A stretch of DNA of 64,000 bases from Pseudomonadota bacterium. Its GTDB lineage: Bacteria > Pseudomonadota > Alphaproteobacteria > Reyranellales > Reyranellaceae. Shown here in pieces: positions 46,144-55,992 of the stretch; within the stretch, counting starts at the first letter, position 1, and each line of letters starts with the position of its first letter. The position numbers were made by a program, and so were the translations under genes. The notes beneath the pieces are model-generated. The model did not search any database and had not been told where the DNA came from. It worked only from the letters and a program-made list of their open reading frames with translations. The DNA lies in NCBI GenBank assembly GCA_020160995.1, contig JAIUOY010000078.1, forward strand, positions 2,151 to 66,150, in the 5' to 3' direction.

Positions 46144-46907
46144 CAGCGGGTCCTCGAAACGGCGGGAAAGCCCGAGAACGGCAGCTCGCCGTCGGCGCCG
46201 TAGCGCGCCTTGCAGCCCGAGAGCTTGTGGCTGCAGACGTCGAGATGGGCCGCGTCGGTCGGCGCGTCCTTGGCGGTGAACCTGGCGTCGCCGGCATAGG
46301 GACAGGTGCCGTAGACGAAGTCGTTCGCCGCCGCGTCCCACTTGCGATAGGTCTCGGTGCAGGCGTCGCGGATGATCTGGCGGCGCGGCAGCATCACGCC
46401 CTGCTGGTCGAGCGCGGCCGAGAGGTCGAACTCGATCATGCCCTTGGTCTGCGAGACCTTGCGGTCGACGTGGTAGACGTCGGGGATGTAGTGCGTGTCG
46501 GGGTCGGCGTCGGGCTGGCCGTCGAGATATTTCTTCAGCGTCTTCCAGCGCGTGACCCTGGCGCCGAGCAGGTCGTTGTACTGCACGACGGCGGCCTGCA
46601 GGAGGCCGAGCGCATTGCCGACGGTGAGCTTGGGCCTGGGCAGCTGGCCGCGGCCCGCCCATTCGAAGCCTTCGGCCACGATGGGATGCGGTGCGTAGGT
46701 GTGGCCCTTCCACATCGGCGCGGCGCCGTCGACCAGGCCGGAGCAGAGATACCAGATCTCGGTGCCGCCGATCGGCGCGGTGTCGATGTCGAACAGCACG
46801 ACGATGTCGCCGGGCGTGAGCGACTGGTTGTCGGCGGCGAGCCCCCGCGTGGCGGTGAACAGCTCGTCGCCATGCGGCAGCACGCCATGCGGCGCGGTGG
46901 AGGACAT
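46143..46907 (-). CDS. Minor tail protein (lambda L-like)
   Basis: PRPKLTVGN; LPRRQI...C...C..C......C Fe-S Cys pattern; FSGFP. Confidence 0.93.
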   Translation of the reverse strand: MSSTAPHGVLPHGDELFTATRGLAADNQSLTPGDIVVLFDIDTAPIGGTEIWYLCSGLVDGAAPMWKGHTYAPHPIVAEGFEWAGRGQLPRPKLTVGNALGLLQAAVVQYNDLLGARVTRWKTLKKYLDGQPDADPDTHYIPDVYHVDRKVSQTKGMIEFDLSAALDQQGVMLPRRQIIRDACTETYRKWDAAANDFVYGTCPYAGDARFTAKDAPTDAAHLDVCSHKLSGCKARYGADGELPFSGFPAVSRTR

Positions 46908-46940
46908 GCGGGGTCTCCGGGAGCGATGCCGGTGGCGCCG

Positions 46941-47273
46941 TTAGGCGGCCGACCAGGGCAAGGGCCGGGGCACGACAGGCGGGTTGAGGCGCGCGTCGAC
47001 GGCCTGGGCGAGCGACGCTTCGTGGCGATCGACCGTCTCGGTGCCCAGCATTGCCTGCACCCAGGCGACGATGGTGGCTTCGGTCAGCGCCTCGAAGGGC
47101 ACGAAGGCGGCCTGCGCATCGAGATCGATATCGCAGGTGCCGTAGATCGACTCCTGCACCTCGCCGTCGTGGCCGAACAGGCGCCAGTGGACCTTGCCGA
47201 CGACATTCTGCAGATCGCCGACCTGGGGGTAGCATTCCAGGCGCTCGATTTTCCAGGTGAAAGCAACAGCCAT
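46941..47273 (-). CDS. Tail-fibre-associated small protein (DUF7936-like)
   Basis: FTWKIERLE...VVGKVHWRL...FVPFEALTEATIVAWV...LPW; CCAAGGAGGG site upstream. Confidence 0.65.
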   Translation of the reverse strand: MAVAFTWKIERLECYPQVGDLQNVVGKVHWRLFGHDGEVQESIYGTCDIDLDAQAAFVPFEALTEATIVAWVQAMLGTETVDRHEASLAQAVDARLNPPVVPRPLPWSAA

Positions 47274-47362
47274 GCGACCCTCCTTGGTCGTTCGATGATT
47301 AGGCGACTTCCGTCCCCCCGATCGGGCCGCCCCGGTCCCGGTGGCGGCAAAAGAGAACAGGC

Positions 47363-50095
47363 TCAGGCGGGCGCGAGAGTGGTAATGGTCCCGCCGCTGC
47401 CCCGGTACTTGAGAGCACCGCCGGAGATGTAGATGTAGCCACCTATGCTTGGCGTTCCCGGATCGGCGGTGTTTGCCAGCCAGAGATGGCAGCCCACATT
47501 TATCGACATCTTGTCGGCACCGGCGTTGTTTCGCCAGGTATGCACATCGAATTCCGAATAGAATTGTGTGACGCCGATGCCCTTCTCCTGCATCCATTGG
47601 TCCTTGTAGTACAGCATGCGGGAAACGTGCCGGTCGCGGACCGTCATGTTGAACTTTGCGGCGGCACTGTTGCCGATACTGTGATTGTAGATGGTCGAAT
47701 TCAGGTGGCCGTCATAGTCCAGCTGAACCGAAAAGGGATCGCCAGTTTTCAAGTAAGGTCCGACAGTAACAAGCCCACCGTAAGGCTGAAGACCGAGATA
47801 GCCTTTGCCGTTGACCTGGTTTGCTACTTCCAATCCCATAGAGTTGACGCCTAGCTGCATTATGGAAAAGCGCGAATGCGTTGCGCCTCCCGTCGTATTC
47901 GGGACGTGAAAGTCTGCCAGGGTGGTGAAGCCGGTCGAGACAGTGAGCCCCATCACTGACAAGATCGCGACAGGGGCCATTCCGATACCTACGCCAGTTG
48001 TATTAACGATTAGGCGATCTGCGCCACCGCCGGTGCGGAACAGGTGGTTGTCAAAGTCGCTGTAGCGGGTCGCAATACCGGCATAGCCATATTCGTGCAG
48101 GTAATTACCGTTGTAGTTGACACCGCGGTAGGCACCTCTTCCGCCAACTTCTTGATAGTATTCCGCTGCTTGGTTCGCGGTGCCAGTCGTAATCTGTCGA
48201 ATTTTCGTGCTGAGACTGCTCTTGATCTGGAGATTAAAGCTCGTATCGCACCAATCGCCGATCCCCACTCCGTTGTCGTTTACAAACAGTTTGTCGCTGC
48301 TGGCGCGCAGTTTGACCGTGCTGCCTTTGATCACCATCGGTTGGTACGATACCACCCCAGTTGCATCGGCGCTCTCGATGGCGGCTTCGACAGAGCTAGT
48401 AACAATGCGGACGCCTATGGTCGTGCCTGCAACGAGTAGCGGCTGTGGCGCACCATCCAAGGTCTTGATGTGCAGCTTGAACTGGGGGCTGCTAATACCG
48501 ACGCCCATCCTGCCATTGACGATCCTCGCCCACTCCGTGAACGTCGTTTTGTCGTAACTACCAAACGCGATGGCGGCGCTGGTGGTGGACAGCGCATTGG
48601 CGAAGATGTTCAGCGTGTTCGGCGATATGCCGAAGCCTGTCGCACCTGCATTGCCGTCGTCATAAAGATAGAGGCCATTCAGACCAGCCGACGTGCCAAA
48701 TGACAGGTTGGCATTCGGAGAGCCCGTCCCGAACCCCACGTATCCTTTGCCCACTACGAATTTTGTAGTCGTCACGCCACTGCCGACAAAGACGGAACCA
48801 GAGCTGTTATAGTTGAGGTAGGTCGAGCCGGTAGAGTCTGGATTGATGTGCAAACTACCGGGCGCATAGAAACGAGTAGTGTCGCTCCCGTCGATGTTCA
48901 GGAGCGTGGCCATGCTGCCGCCTGCCGTCCTGATCTTATATGCCTTGTTGTTTGCGAGCAGAATATCTCCAGCCACTTCAAGCGCGGCTCCCGGCGCAGA
49001 TACACCGATGCCGACATTCCCCGTCGTGCCGATGCTGAAATTCTCCTGGCCGTTCGCGCCGATGATCCTGAAACGGCCGACATCGCCGCCCGCGGCAGTG
49101 CCGGCGAGGCCGAGATAGATCGTGCGCGTGCCGTCCATCAGCGCGACATAGGCGCTGTCGTAAATGGCCGCGCCGTTCGTGCCCTTGATGGCAATGGAAT
49201 TGGCGCTGTCCGTGCTGACGAAGTAGCCGTTTCCGCCATTGAAGCCGGCGCCCTGCACATGGAACTTCGCCCCCGCGACGGTCGTGCCGATGGAGACTGC
49301 GCCATCCCACTTCACCCGCATGCGCTCGACGCCGTTGGTTCCAATCAGAACCTCCTCGCCATTGACGAACAGCGGACGCCAGGCCGCCAGGCCGGTATAG
49401 TCCACGCCTTCGATGGCCGAGGTGACGCCGTTGGGGCCGATGCGAACCGCCGTGTTGGTGCTGGTCGTGATGATCGCGGAGGGCGCGCCGCCGTGATTGA
49501 CGACGTGGAGCGCCGCCGCCGGCTCGATCCCTGTCGCCACGGCCGCGCCCACGGCGACGGACAGGCCGTTCTGATTGATCCTGACCGTGTTTCGCAGATT
49601 GCCGGTCTGGCCCGACCAGAGGTTGACGTTCCACCCCGACCGGATGTCGACCGACGCGGACGAGATGCCGATGCCGGCAATCCAGCCATCGCCGTCGTCG
49701 TAGAAGCGGAAGGCGCTGACCGAACCGGGCGTGCCGTCGATGATGTTGGGCGCGAGCTTCAGCGTTCGCGCCGTGAGGTCCCACGTGCCCGCCACCGGAT
49801 AGAGCATCAGCACATCCTTGACGCCCTCGGTGAAGTGCACCGGCGTGCCGGTCGAGGATTCCTTGAATTCGAGCCGCGTCAGCACCGGCTCACCGCCGAC
49901 GCCCGCGATCGTCCACGAGGAATGCTCCCACTGGTTGGCGCTGCGGTTGACCACGATGGCGTCGCAGGTGTCGCCGTTGGCCATCACCGCGTCGAAGGTG
50001 CGGAAGTTGAGCAGGGTCGAGCGCGCCAGCACCTTGGCGCCGGTGCCGGTGCTGGTGGTGGTGTCCTTGACGCGAAGCTTGACGACGTGAGCCAT
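47363..50095 (-). CDS. Long side tail fibre
   Basis: RVKDTTTSTGTG N-terminal attachment domain; repeated GxVGIGxxxP units; lower-GC distal part. Confidence 0.85.
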   Translation of the reverse strand: MAHVVKLRVKDTTTSTGTGAKVLARSTLLNFRTFDAVMANGDTCDAIVVNRSANQWEHSSWTIAGVGGEPVLTRLEFKESSTGTPVHFTEGVKDVLMLYPVAGTWDLTARTLKLAPNIIDGTPGSVSAFRFYDDGDGWIAGIGISSASVDIRSGWNVNLWSGQTGNLRNTVRINQNGLSVAVGAAVATGIEPAAALHVVNHGGAPSAIITTSTNTAVRIGPNGVTSAIEGVDYTGLAAWRPLFVNGEEVLIGTNGVERMRVKWDGAVSIGTTVAGAKFHVQGAGFNGGNGYFVSTDSANSIAIKGTNGAAIYDSAYVALMDGTRTIYLGLAGTAAGGDVGRFRIIGANGQENFSIGTTGNVGIGVSAPGAALEVAGDILLANNKAYKIRTAGGSMATLLNIDGSDTTRFYAPGSLHINPDSTGSTYLNYNSSGSVFVGSGVTTTKFVVGKGYVGFGTGSPNANLSFGTSAGLNGLYLYDDGNAGATGFGISPNTLNIFANALSTTSAAIAFGSYDKTTFTEWARIVNGRMGVGISSPQFKLHIKTLDGAPQPLLVAGTTIGVRIVTSSVEAAIESADATGVVSYQPMVIKGSTVKLRASSDKLFVNDNGVGIGDWCDTSFNLQIKSSLSTKIRQITTGTANQAAEYYQEVGGRGAYRGVNYNGNYLHEYGYAGIATRYSDFDNHLFRTGGGADRLIVNTTGVGIGMAPVAILSVMGLTVSTGFTTLADFHVPNTTGGATHSRFSIMQLGVNSMGLEVANQVNGKGYLGLQPYGGLVTVGPYLKTGDPFSVQLDYDGHLNSTIYNHSIGNSAAAKFNMTVRDRHVSRMLYYKDQWMQEKGIGVTQFYSEFDVHTWRNNAGADKMSINVGCHLWLANTADPGTPSIGGYIYISGGALKYRGSGGTITTLAPA

Positions 50096-50153
50096 GGCCT
50101 GCCCCTCCTTGGGCTGGATCTGCGGAAGCCGGGATCGCTCTCACCGGCGAGAA

Positions 50154-50501
50154 CTAGAGATCGAACACCTGCTCGAAGGTCGCCTGCACGTTGCCGGTGG
50201 TGCCGCTGGTCTTCTCGCGGCTCCAGCTCTCGCACTTGACCTGGAGCGGCGCCTCGCCCGGCGGCGTCCACAGGAACGGCAGGTAGCCCTTCTGCGCCTT
50301 GAGGAAGCTGTTGATCTCCAGGCACTCGCTCCACGCGATGCCCTGCCACGCCACCGTCCACTTCTCGGCGACGGTGTTCAGCCCGTCGCCCACCCTCTGC
50401 TCGTAGCCGTTGCCGTAGGTGTTCTTCAGCACGCGCGGCGCATAGCTCACCGGCGTGCCGAAGGTGCAGTCGATGGCGGGAAACTGAACCGTCGTCGTCA
50501 T
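50154..50501 (-). CDS. Distal tail protein (lambda M-like)
   Basis: YGNGYEQRVGDGLN...W...FL...GYLPFLWTPP...ATFEQVF. Confidence 0.92.
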   Translation of the reverse strand: MTTTVQFPAIDCTFGTPVSYAPRVLKNTYGNGYEQRVGDGLNTVAEKWTVAWQGIAWSECLEINSFLKAQKGYLPFLWTPPGEAPLQVKCESWSREKTSGTTGNVQATFEQVFDL

Positions 50502-53500
50502 TGCACCACTCCCGCGCTGAACGAGCCGCTGGGGTTGAGCAGGCCGCCCGGCCGCATCTGGTCCTGCAGGTTCTTGTTCACCAGGGCCGTCACGATGGCG
50601 CCCAGCTCGCGCGCCTGCTCCATCATGTTGCCGCGCCCGCCGCCGTCGCCGGAACCCTGACCGCCAGCCGGCGCCGCCATGTTGACGCTGATGTTGGTCT
50701 GCACCGTCATGCCCCCGCGCATGCCGCCGCCGCGCAGCTCGACCGGAATCCGCCCCGACGGCACCGGCACATAGGCTTCCGGCACCGACCCCTCGCCGAA
50801 CATCGCGAGCTGCGGCGACGTCGCGATGCCGCCGCCGGCATATTTGCGCAACGGCACCGGCCCGCGGCTGGTCATGATGCCGCCGTCGGCGAACAGGCTG
50901 ACGACGAACTGGAGGATGTTGCTCAACCAGCCGCCGCCGGAGCCGGCGCCGGCACTCCCCACATTGAGCAATCCCTCGAACAGTTTATCGATGAGCTTGT
51001 TGGTAATCATGTCGAACAGCTTGTCGGAGATCTTGTTCAGCGCGTTGAGGCCCGCCTTGCCGAACGCCTCCCATACCGTCATGCCTTCCTTCAGATTCGC
51101 TCGGACGTCGGTAAAGAAGCCCTTCATCGTCTCCTTCGCGAAGCCGATCACCTCCTTGTAGCGCTGGGTGGTTCCCTCGGCCTCCGCCATCTGGTCTGAC
51201 ATCCGCTTGAAATCGGCCAGCAGCGCGGGCGTGATGGCTATGCCGCGCTCCTTCGCCTGGTTCACCATGTCGAACTGCAGGCGCAGCGAAGCGGCCGCCT
51301 CGCTGGACCTGCCGACAGCCTCTCGCTCCATGGCCTGGCGCGCGACAAAGTCCTCGCTGCGTTTCCGGTTGCCCGCTTCCCAGTCTGCGTTGCCCTTGTT
51401 CTCGTCGGCGGCGGCCTTGCCCCGGATCGCCTCTTCGATCCCTGGCCGTGACGCCGGCGCCGCATCGCGTGTCGCCTTGGCAACTTCGAGGTCGAGCAAA
51501 AGCTTGCGCTGCTTCACCACGTCGCCTGCGGCGGCGGCCATCTTCTGCAGATGCTCGGTCTCGGCCTTCAGCCCCTCGATGACTTTCTGGTCGGTCAGCG
51601 CCTGCTTGGCCTCGAACAGCTCTATCTGCAGCTTGCCGGTGCCGTCGGTCGCGCGCGCAGCCTTTGCCTCGGCCTCGGCGCGCCTCATAGCATAGGCGCC
51701 CTCTTCGACCTTCTTCATCGCGGCGGCAATGTTGCTCAGCTCGTCGAGTAGAGACTTCGAGGCGTTTACGCCGACGCCGCCGCCGACGCCGACGCCAAGC
51801 CCCTCTTTCGGAGGGTTGCGCCATTTTCTGGGTCTACGGCCGCCGCTGCGGCCACGGCCTCGGCGGCTACCGCTGCCGTCGCTCACTTCCCCATCGTCGT
51901 CGCCGCTTGGTGCATCGTTTCCGTTACCCTTCGTTCCTCCTTCGCCATTAGGTAGCGACCCGATGACATTTGCCGTTGTCTTGGCTGCCTCAGCGGCAAG
52001 CTTCAATGCCTCGTTAGCAGTTCTCAGTCTGTTGAACGCTACATCGAGCTCTGCTTTGGTGGCTTGACCTTGCCGAGAAAGTTCCAGGACGCGTTGGTAA
52101 TCTGCTTCGAGTATCTTGACGTTTTCACGCGCGCGATGGAGCGTGGCTTCTTTCTCCGCTACCTTCTTGTCGACGATCGCGCCGCTCACATCGAGCGTCT
52201 TGCCAAATTTGGCCAGCATGTTGGCCGCCTGATCGGCAGCCTTCTTGACTGCACCGTCCATGCCTTTGCCTACGGCGGCGGCGGCGTCTTGTTCCAGTCT
52301 CTGCAACTCGTATCGGATCGTGCCGATCTGCTGTTCAAGCGACTTGACGAGATTCTGGTCGCCTAAGGTCTTGAGCGGCTTCTTGTTGAGTATCTCGAGA
52401 TCACGCTCGAGAGCCGCAATGAATTCCTTCCGTGCTTCGACTTTCGCCTCTGCACTCTTGGTCTTGAACACCGTAAAGAAGTTCACAACGTCGGCGGTGA
52501 GGCTTACGACCTTCGCCGAAAGATCCGACAGCCAACTGTCGTTGAACTGGTCGAGGAAGCCGTTCCAAGCATAGCCCAGCTCCTCGAAGGCACCTGAAAG
52601 CCCTTGGCCTTCTTCGCCACCGCCCTTGCCGAGTCGCGCCGTCAGGATACTCAGTGCTTCAGCCTGGGCCGCCGCGCGTCCCGAGCTCAGCTCCATCAAC
52701 CTGATGCGGTCCTTCTCGAGGTCGTTGAGCTCGATCCCGGCCTCGCGCAGCTGCTCCATGCCCCTAACCGGATCGGCCATGGCTCGGGCGACGAGCCGCG
52801 ACGCCGACGCTAGGTCCGTGCCCATCACCTCCGCGAGGCGTGCCGACACGCTCAAAGCGCCTCCGAACGTCTCCTTGCTCACGCGGCCGATCCGGATCAG
52901 CTCAGCAGCGGCGTTGCGGACATTCGTGTCGTCGATGCGGGAGGCCGACGATTGCGCCAGCACAACATCGTTAATCTGGCCCTTCGACATACCGATAGCG
53001 CCACCGGTGACGTCTAGAGAGGCACCCAGCATCTTCTGCGACTTCTCGTAAGCGATCGTGTTGTCGACCATCTGCTTGTAGACGTCGACGACGAGCTCGC
53101 CTGCTTCCTTGAGAAGCTTGAGGCCGTTAATCCCGCTGGCCAACGGTCCCGTGAGCGCCATTAGACGTCCGCCAATACCACCGATCGCCTGCCCTGTGGC
53201 TCTCGCTCCGCCAGCGCCCGCGGTCAGTGTTACCGCGAGCCCTTTCATCCGGCTGCTGGCGCCGCCCGCCGCCTGGCCCGATGTCTTTGCCGTGGTCGCC
53301 AGCGTGTCGAAGCCTTTGGTGCTGGCAGCTAACGCACCGGTGAGCGTCGTCAGGTCGCCTTTGATACTCCCGATTGCCTGTCCTGCGGTCTTGGCGCCTC
53401 TGCTTGCGCCAGTCATCGCCCGCTGGAGTGCCGCGACCTTCGCACTCGTCGCATCGACGGCCTTGGCGGCATCCTTGTTGGCTTCGATCCACTTTTTCAG

Positions 53501-53557
53501 CACCGCCGACGCTTCGTCACGCATGCGGACGACGACTAAAAGTTCCTGGTCGGCCAC
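50498..53557 (-). CDS. Tape measure protein
   Basis: 1019 aa, Ala/Gly/Lys-rich coiled coil; C-terminal FADGG...AMFGEGSVPEAYVP motif. Confidence 0.93.
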   Translation of the reverse strand: MADQELLVVVRMRDEASAVLKKWIEANKDAAKAVDATSAKVAALQRAMTGASRGAKTAGQAIGSIKGDLTTLTGALAASTKGFDTLATTAKTSGQAAGGASSRMKGLAVTLTAGAGGARATGQAIGGIGGRLMALTGPLASGINGLKLLKEAGELVVDVYKQMVDNTIAYEKSQKMLGASLDVTGGAIGMSKGQINDVVLAQSSASRIDDTNVRNAAAELIRIGRVSKETFGGALSVSARLAEVMGTDLASASRLVARAMADPVRGMEQLREAGIELNDLEKDRIRLMELSSGRAAAQAEALSILTARLGKGGGEEGQGLSGAFEELGYAWNGFLDQFNDSWLSDLSAKVVSLTADVVNFFTVFKTKSAEAKVEARKEFIAALERDLEILNKKPLKTLGDQNLVKSLEQQIGTIRYELQRLEQDAAAAVGKGMDGAVKKAADQAANMLAKFGKTLDVSGAIVDKKVAEKEATLHRARENVKILEADYQRVLELSRQGQATKAELDVAFNRLRTANEALKLAAEAAKTTANVIGSLPNGEGGTKGNGNDAPSGDDDGEVSDGSGSRRGRGRSGGRRPRKWRNPPKEGLGVGVGGGVGVNASKSLLDELSNIAAAMKKVEEGAYAMRRAEAEAKAARATDGTGKLQIELFEAKQALTDQKVIEGLKAETEHLQKMAAAAGDVVKQRKLLLDLEVAKATRDAAPASRPGIEEAIRGKAAADENKGNADWEAGNRKRSEDFVARQAMEREAVGRSSEAAASLRLQFDMVNQAKERGIAITPALLADFKRMSDQMAEAEGTTQRYKEVIGFAKETMKGFFTDVRANLKEGMTVWEAFGKAGLNALNKISDKLFDMITNKLIDKLFEGLLNVGSAGAGSGGGWLSNILQFVVSLFADGGIMTSRGPVPLRKYAGGGIATSPQLAMFGEGSVPEAYVPVPSGRIPVELRGGGMRGGMTVQTNISVNMAAPAGGQGSGDGGGRGNMMEQARELGAIVTALVNKNLQDQMRPGGLLNPSGSFSAGVVQ

Positions 53558-53611
53558 GGCTCCACCCCTCCTTGGGTTCGGCGCCCTGCGGCGCGTCGTC
53601 AGCTTTTCAGC

Positions 53612-54396
53612 TCAGTCCTTCTTCTCCATCTGCGCCGCGCGGCATTCGCTCACGGTGCCGTGGATCAGGCGCATGATCGCGAGGTACTTCACCGTCTGGC
53701 TCATCACCCCGCCCTCGTCGGCCAGCACGCCCTCGGCGTAGAGGCCGTAGAGCGCCATCAGTTCGCCGAACAGCGCCGGGTCGTCCTTGACCGGCCGGCG
53801 CGGACAGGCCCAGCTCTCCGCGCCGTCCACCTCCATCGGGACCAGCGCGCGATCGGTCCACGATCCGTCGGGCCGTTGCCTGGCGTCGCAACCCCACTCC
53901 TTCTGCTGCCGCGCCGTGCAGGTCGCACAGTTGCGCTCCGGCAGCAGGCAGAGCGCGATCACGCCGCGACGGATTTTCCCGCGTCGTCGGCGCTCACCGT
54001 GTTGATGGCCTTGATCTCGCGCGCCAGCCAGCCGGTCAGCTCGGCGTCGATCAGCGCCAGGCAATCGTCGGCCACCACCTGGTACTTCTTGCCCATCACG
54101 ACCTTCTCGGCCGTCGCGAAGACGACCTCGTTGCCGTGCGCGTCGGCGAACTTCTCCCAGCCCTTCAGGCCGAAGCGGACATATTCGAGGTTGGCTTCGT
54201 TCAGCTTGACCTGCGCCACGGCGCGGCCATTGTCCTCGCCGTCGGTGAAGGTGAGGCTGCGGTCGCCGATATAGGCGGCGACGAAGGCGTCGATGGCGCC
54301 GATGGTGAAGCGGGTGGCGTCGGGGGTGCCGTAAGCCTCGTCCAGCTTGGACTCGACGGTCTTCACGGCGGACAAAGTGAGTGCCTTGATGGCCAT
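53612..54396 (-). CDS. Tail assembly chaperone GT via -1 frameshift
   Basis: In-frame G GGA AAA at 53980-53974 shifts into GKIRRGVIALC..., an open frame ending at 53612. Confidence 0.75.
53959..54396 (-). CDS. Tail assembly chaperone G
   Basis: Position upstream of the tape measure gene; GLKGWEKF; slippery heptamer near the end. Confidence 0.8.
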   Translation of the reverse strand: MAIKALTLSAVKTVESKLDEAYGTPDATRFTIGAIDAFVAAYIGDRSLTFTDGEDNGRAVAQVKLNEANLEYVRFGLKGWEKFADAHGNEVVFATAEKVVMGKKYQVVADDCLALIDAELTGWLAREIKAINTVSADDAGKSVAA

Positions 54397-54465
54397 TCTG
54401 CTTCTCCTCCTAGAGATGCTGTTGGCGTGATGATCGCCGCACCATACGGAGAGAAGGCGCCGGGC

Positions 54466-54663
54466 CTATTGCGCGCCGTCGTCGTGGTCGGCCCGTGCGT
54501 CCAGCCCCAGGCAGCCCCCAAGGCTCGTCTTGTCGGCCATCACCACGGTGATCTTCGCCGGCGCGTGATAGCGTGCAACCGATTGCGCCGCGCCGCGCGT
54601 CAGCTTGGCGCCGACCAGCTCGCCGTTGGCTTTCTGGACGATGAAGACTTTGACTTCGTACAT
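54466..54663 (-). CDS. Small hypothetical protein
   Basis: 65-aa ORF MYEVKVFIVQKANGELVGAKLTR...; co-oriented. Confidence 0.45.
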   Translation of the reverse strand: MYEVKVFIVQKANGELVGAKLTRGAAQSVARYHAPAKITVVMADKTSLGGCLGLDARADHDDGAQ

Positions 54664-54767
54664 GGGGCGGTGCCGGTCGCCATCCTGCCGCGGACCGGCC
54701 GGCCTGGAACGCCGCCTGCGCGCGCGTTGAGGCGACGCGCGACCACGGCCGTCGGCCGTCGGCCCGA

Positions 54768-55220
54768 CTATTTGAGATCCTGCATCGTGAACGTGTCGCT
54801 CCCAGCCGGAGAGCGGCCGTGGCAAACATCGGCCACCGTGTCGATGGACCTTTGCAGATTGCTCCATCCGGCCGGTGTCACTTCCGTTGCCGCCATCGGT
54901 GCGACGCTGCCGTCCTTTCCGACGACGTAGAGGTCGAGGACCACCCGCACGTTGGGCCCTTGCTGCGTGACGGTGTAGCGGGAGCGGTTGCCGTTCCTGT
55001 CGGCGACGATCTGGCCCGGCACGTCCGTCGGCACGATCTGGAACTGGTTGCGGACGAGATTCTGCGTCATCCGCCGCTGCATGCAGTCGACGGTCGCACC
55101 GGCGCCTACAGTGTCGAGCCGGGCGGCTGGGGCACCGGGCGCGGCGACCGAACCCGTCCGGGCGGCGCAGGCCGTCATCGACAGGGCCAACGCGACGCCA
55201 GCAGCAATACGTACGATCAT
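54768..55220 (-). CDS. Lipoprotein, paralog A
   Basis: Lipobox MTAC; VDCMQR...VRVVLDLYVVGKDG...VADVC. Confidence 0.75.
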   Translation of the reverse strand: MIVRIAAGVALALSMTACAARTGSVAAPGAPAARLDTVGAGATVDCMQRRMTQNLVRNQFQIVPTDVPGQIVADRNGNRSRYTVTQQGPNVRVVLDLYVVGKDGSVAPMAATEVTPAGWSNLQRSIDTVADVCHGRSPAGSDTFTMQDLK

Positions 55221-55262
55221 CTCTCTCCCATCTCGTCGAATTCGCACGAGTCCATGAGATCG

Positions 55263-55805
55263 CTACCGGGCCGTCGGCGAGGGCAACAGCGGCGCGCCGT
55301 CGGCGAATTCGAGGCGGTCGGCGTAGACCAGCGCCTCGTCGATCGTGTCGAACAGGCGTTCGCCGACGACCATCTTGCCCAGCGCCTCGTTCTTCTCGAT
55401 CCTGTACTTGTTCACGAGAAAGATCCTGTAGGCGTCGGTCGCGAGGTCCGGGCTCATGAACCGCGCGCCCATCACCGCCGGCGACATGTCGACGGTCAGC
55501 GCCGCACTCCGGTTGGTCTCGGCCGTGTCGGCCAGCACGTAGCCGCGCTCGATCAGCTTGCGCAGGTGATAGGGATTGAAGTTGAAGCTCCAGACCAGCG
55601 ACATCAGGAGACACAGGAACGGACCCCACGCGGGCAATGTGAGGAGGATCGCGACCGCGACGGCGAAATAGGTCAGGAAGACCAGATACTCGCCCCGGAA
55701 CAAGGCGGGGAACGGACCGAAGAACAGCGTGGTCCACGAATAGCCGGCGGAGCCGATCATCTCGCGCCCGGTCTCCTTGTGTCTCAGCTTCACCGGCGTC
55801 GCCAT
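55263..55805 (-). CDS. Small membrane protein (DUF2628-like)
   Basis: GYSWTTLFFGPFPALFRG; YHLRKLIERGY. Confidence 0.65.
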   Translation of the reverse strand: MATPVKLRHKETGREMIGSAGYSWTTLFFGPFPALFRGEYLVFLTYFAVAVAILLTLPAWGPFLCLLMSLVWSFNFNPYHLRKLIERGYVLADTAETNRSAALTVDMSPAVMGARFMSPDLATDAYRIFLVNKYRIEKNEALGKMVVGERLFDTIDEALVYADRLEFADGAPLLPSPTAR

Positions 55806-55992
55806 TTCACTCCCCACCCAAACGGCGGCGATCCCAGGTTGGCACCGTTCGCTCGGGCAAGGGTGATCGAGCTGCAGCGCAGCACGAAGCCCGCATTCCG
55901 CGCTTGGCGTTCGGAGGGCAACCCGCTTACCGTGCGCGGCCGACTTGAGTCGCGGCAGCCGCCGTTCACGGTATCGGCACGGAGGAGACAGC

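Noticed and set aside
34278-50095. Diversity-generating retroelement acting on the fibre or adhesin genes
   Set aside because: No reverse transcriptase and no template/variable repeat pair seen in the window.
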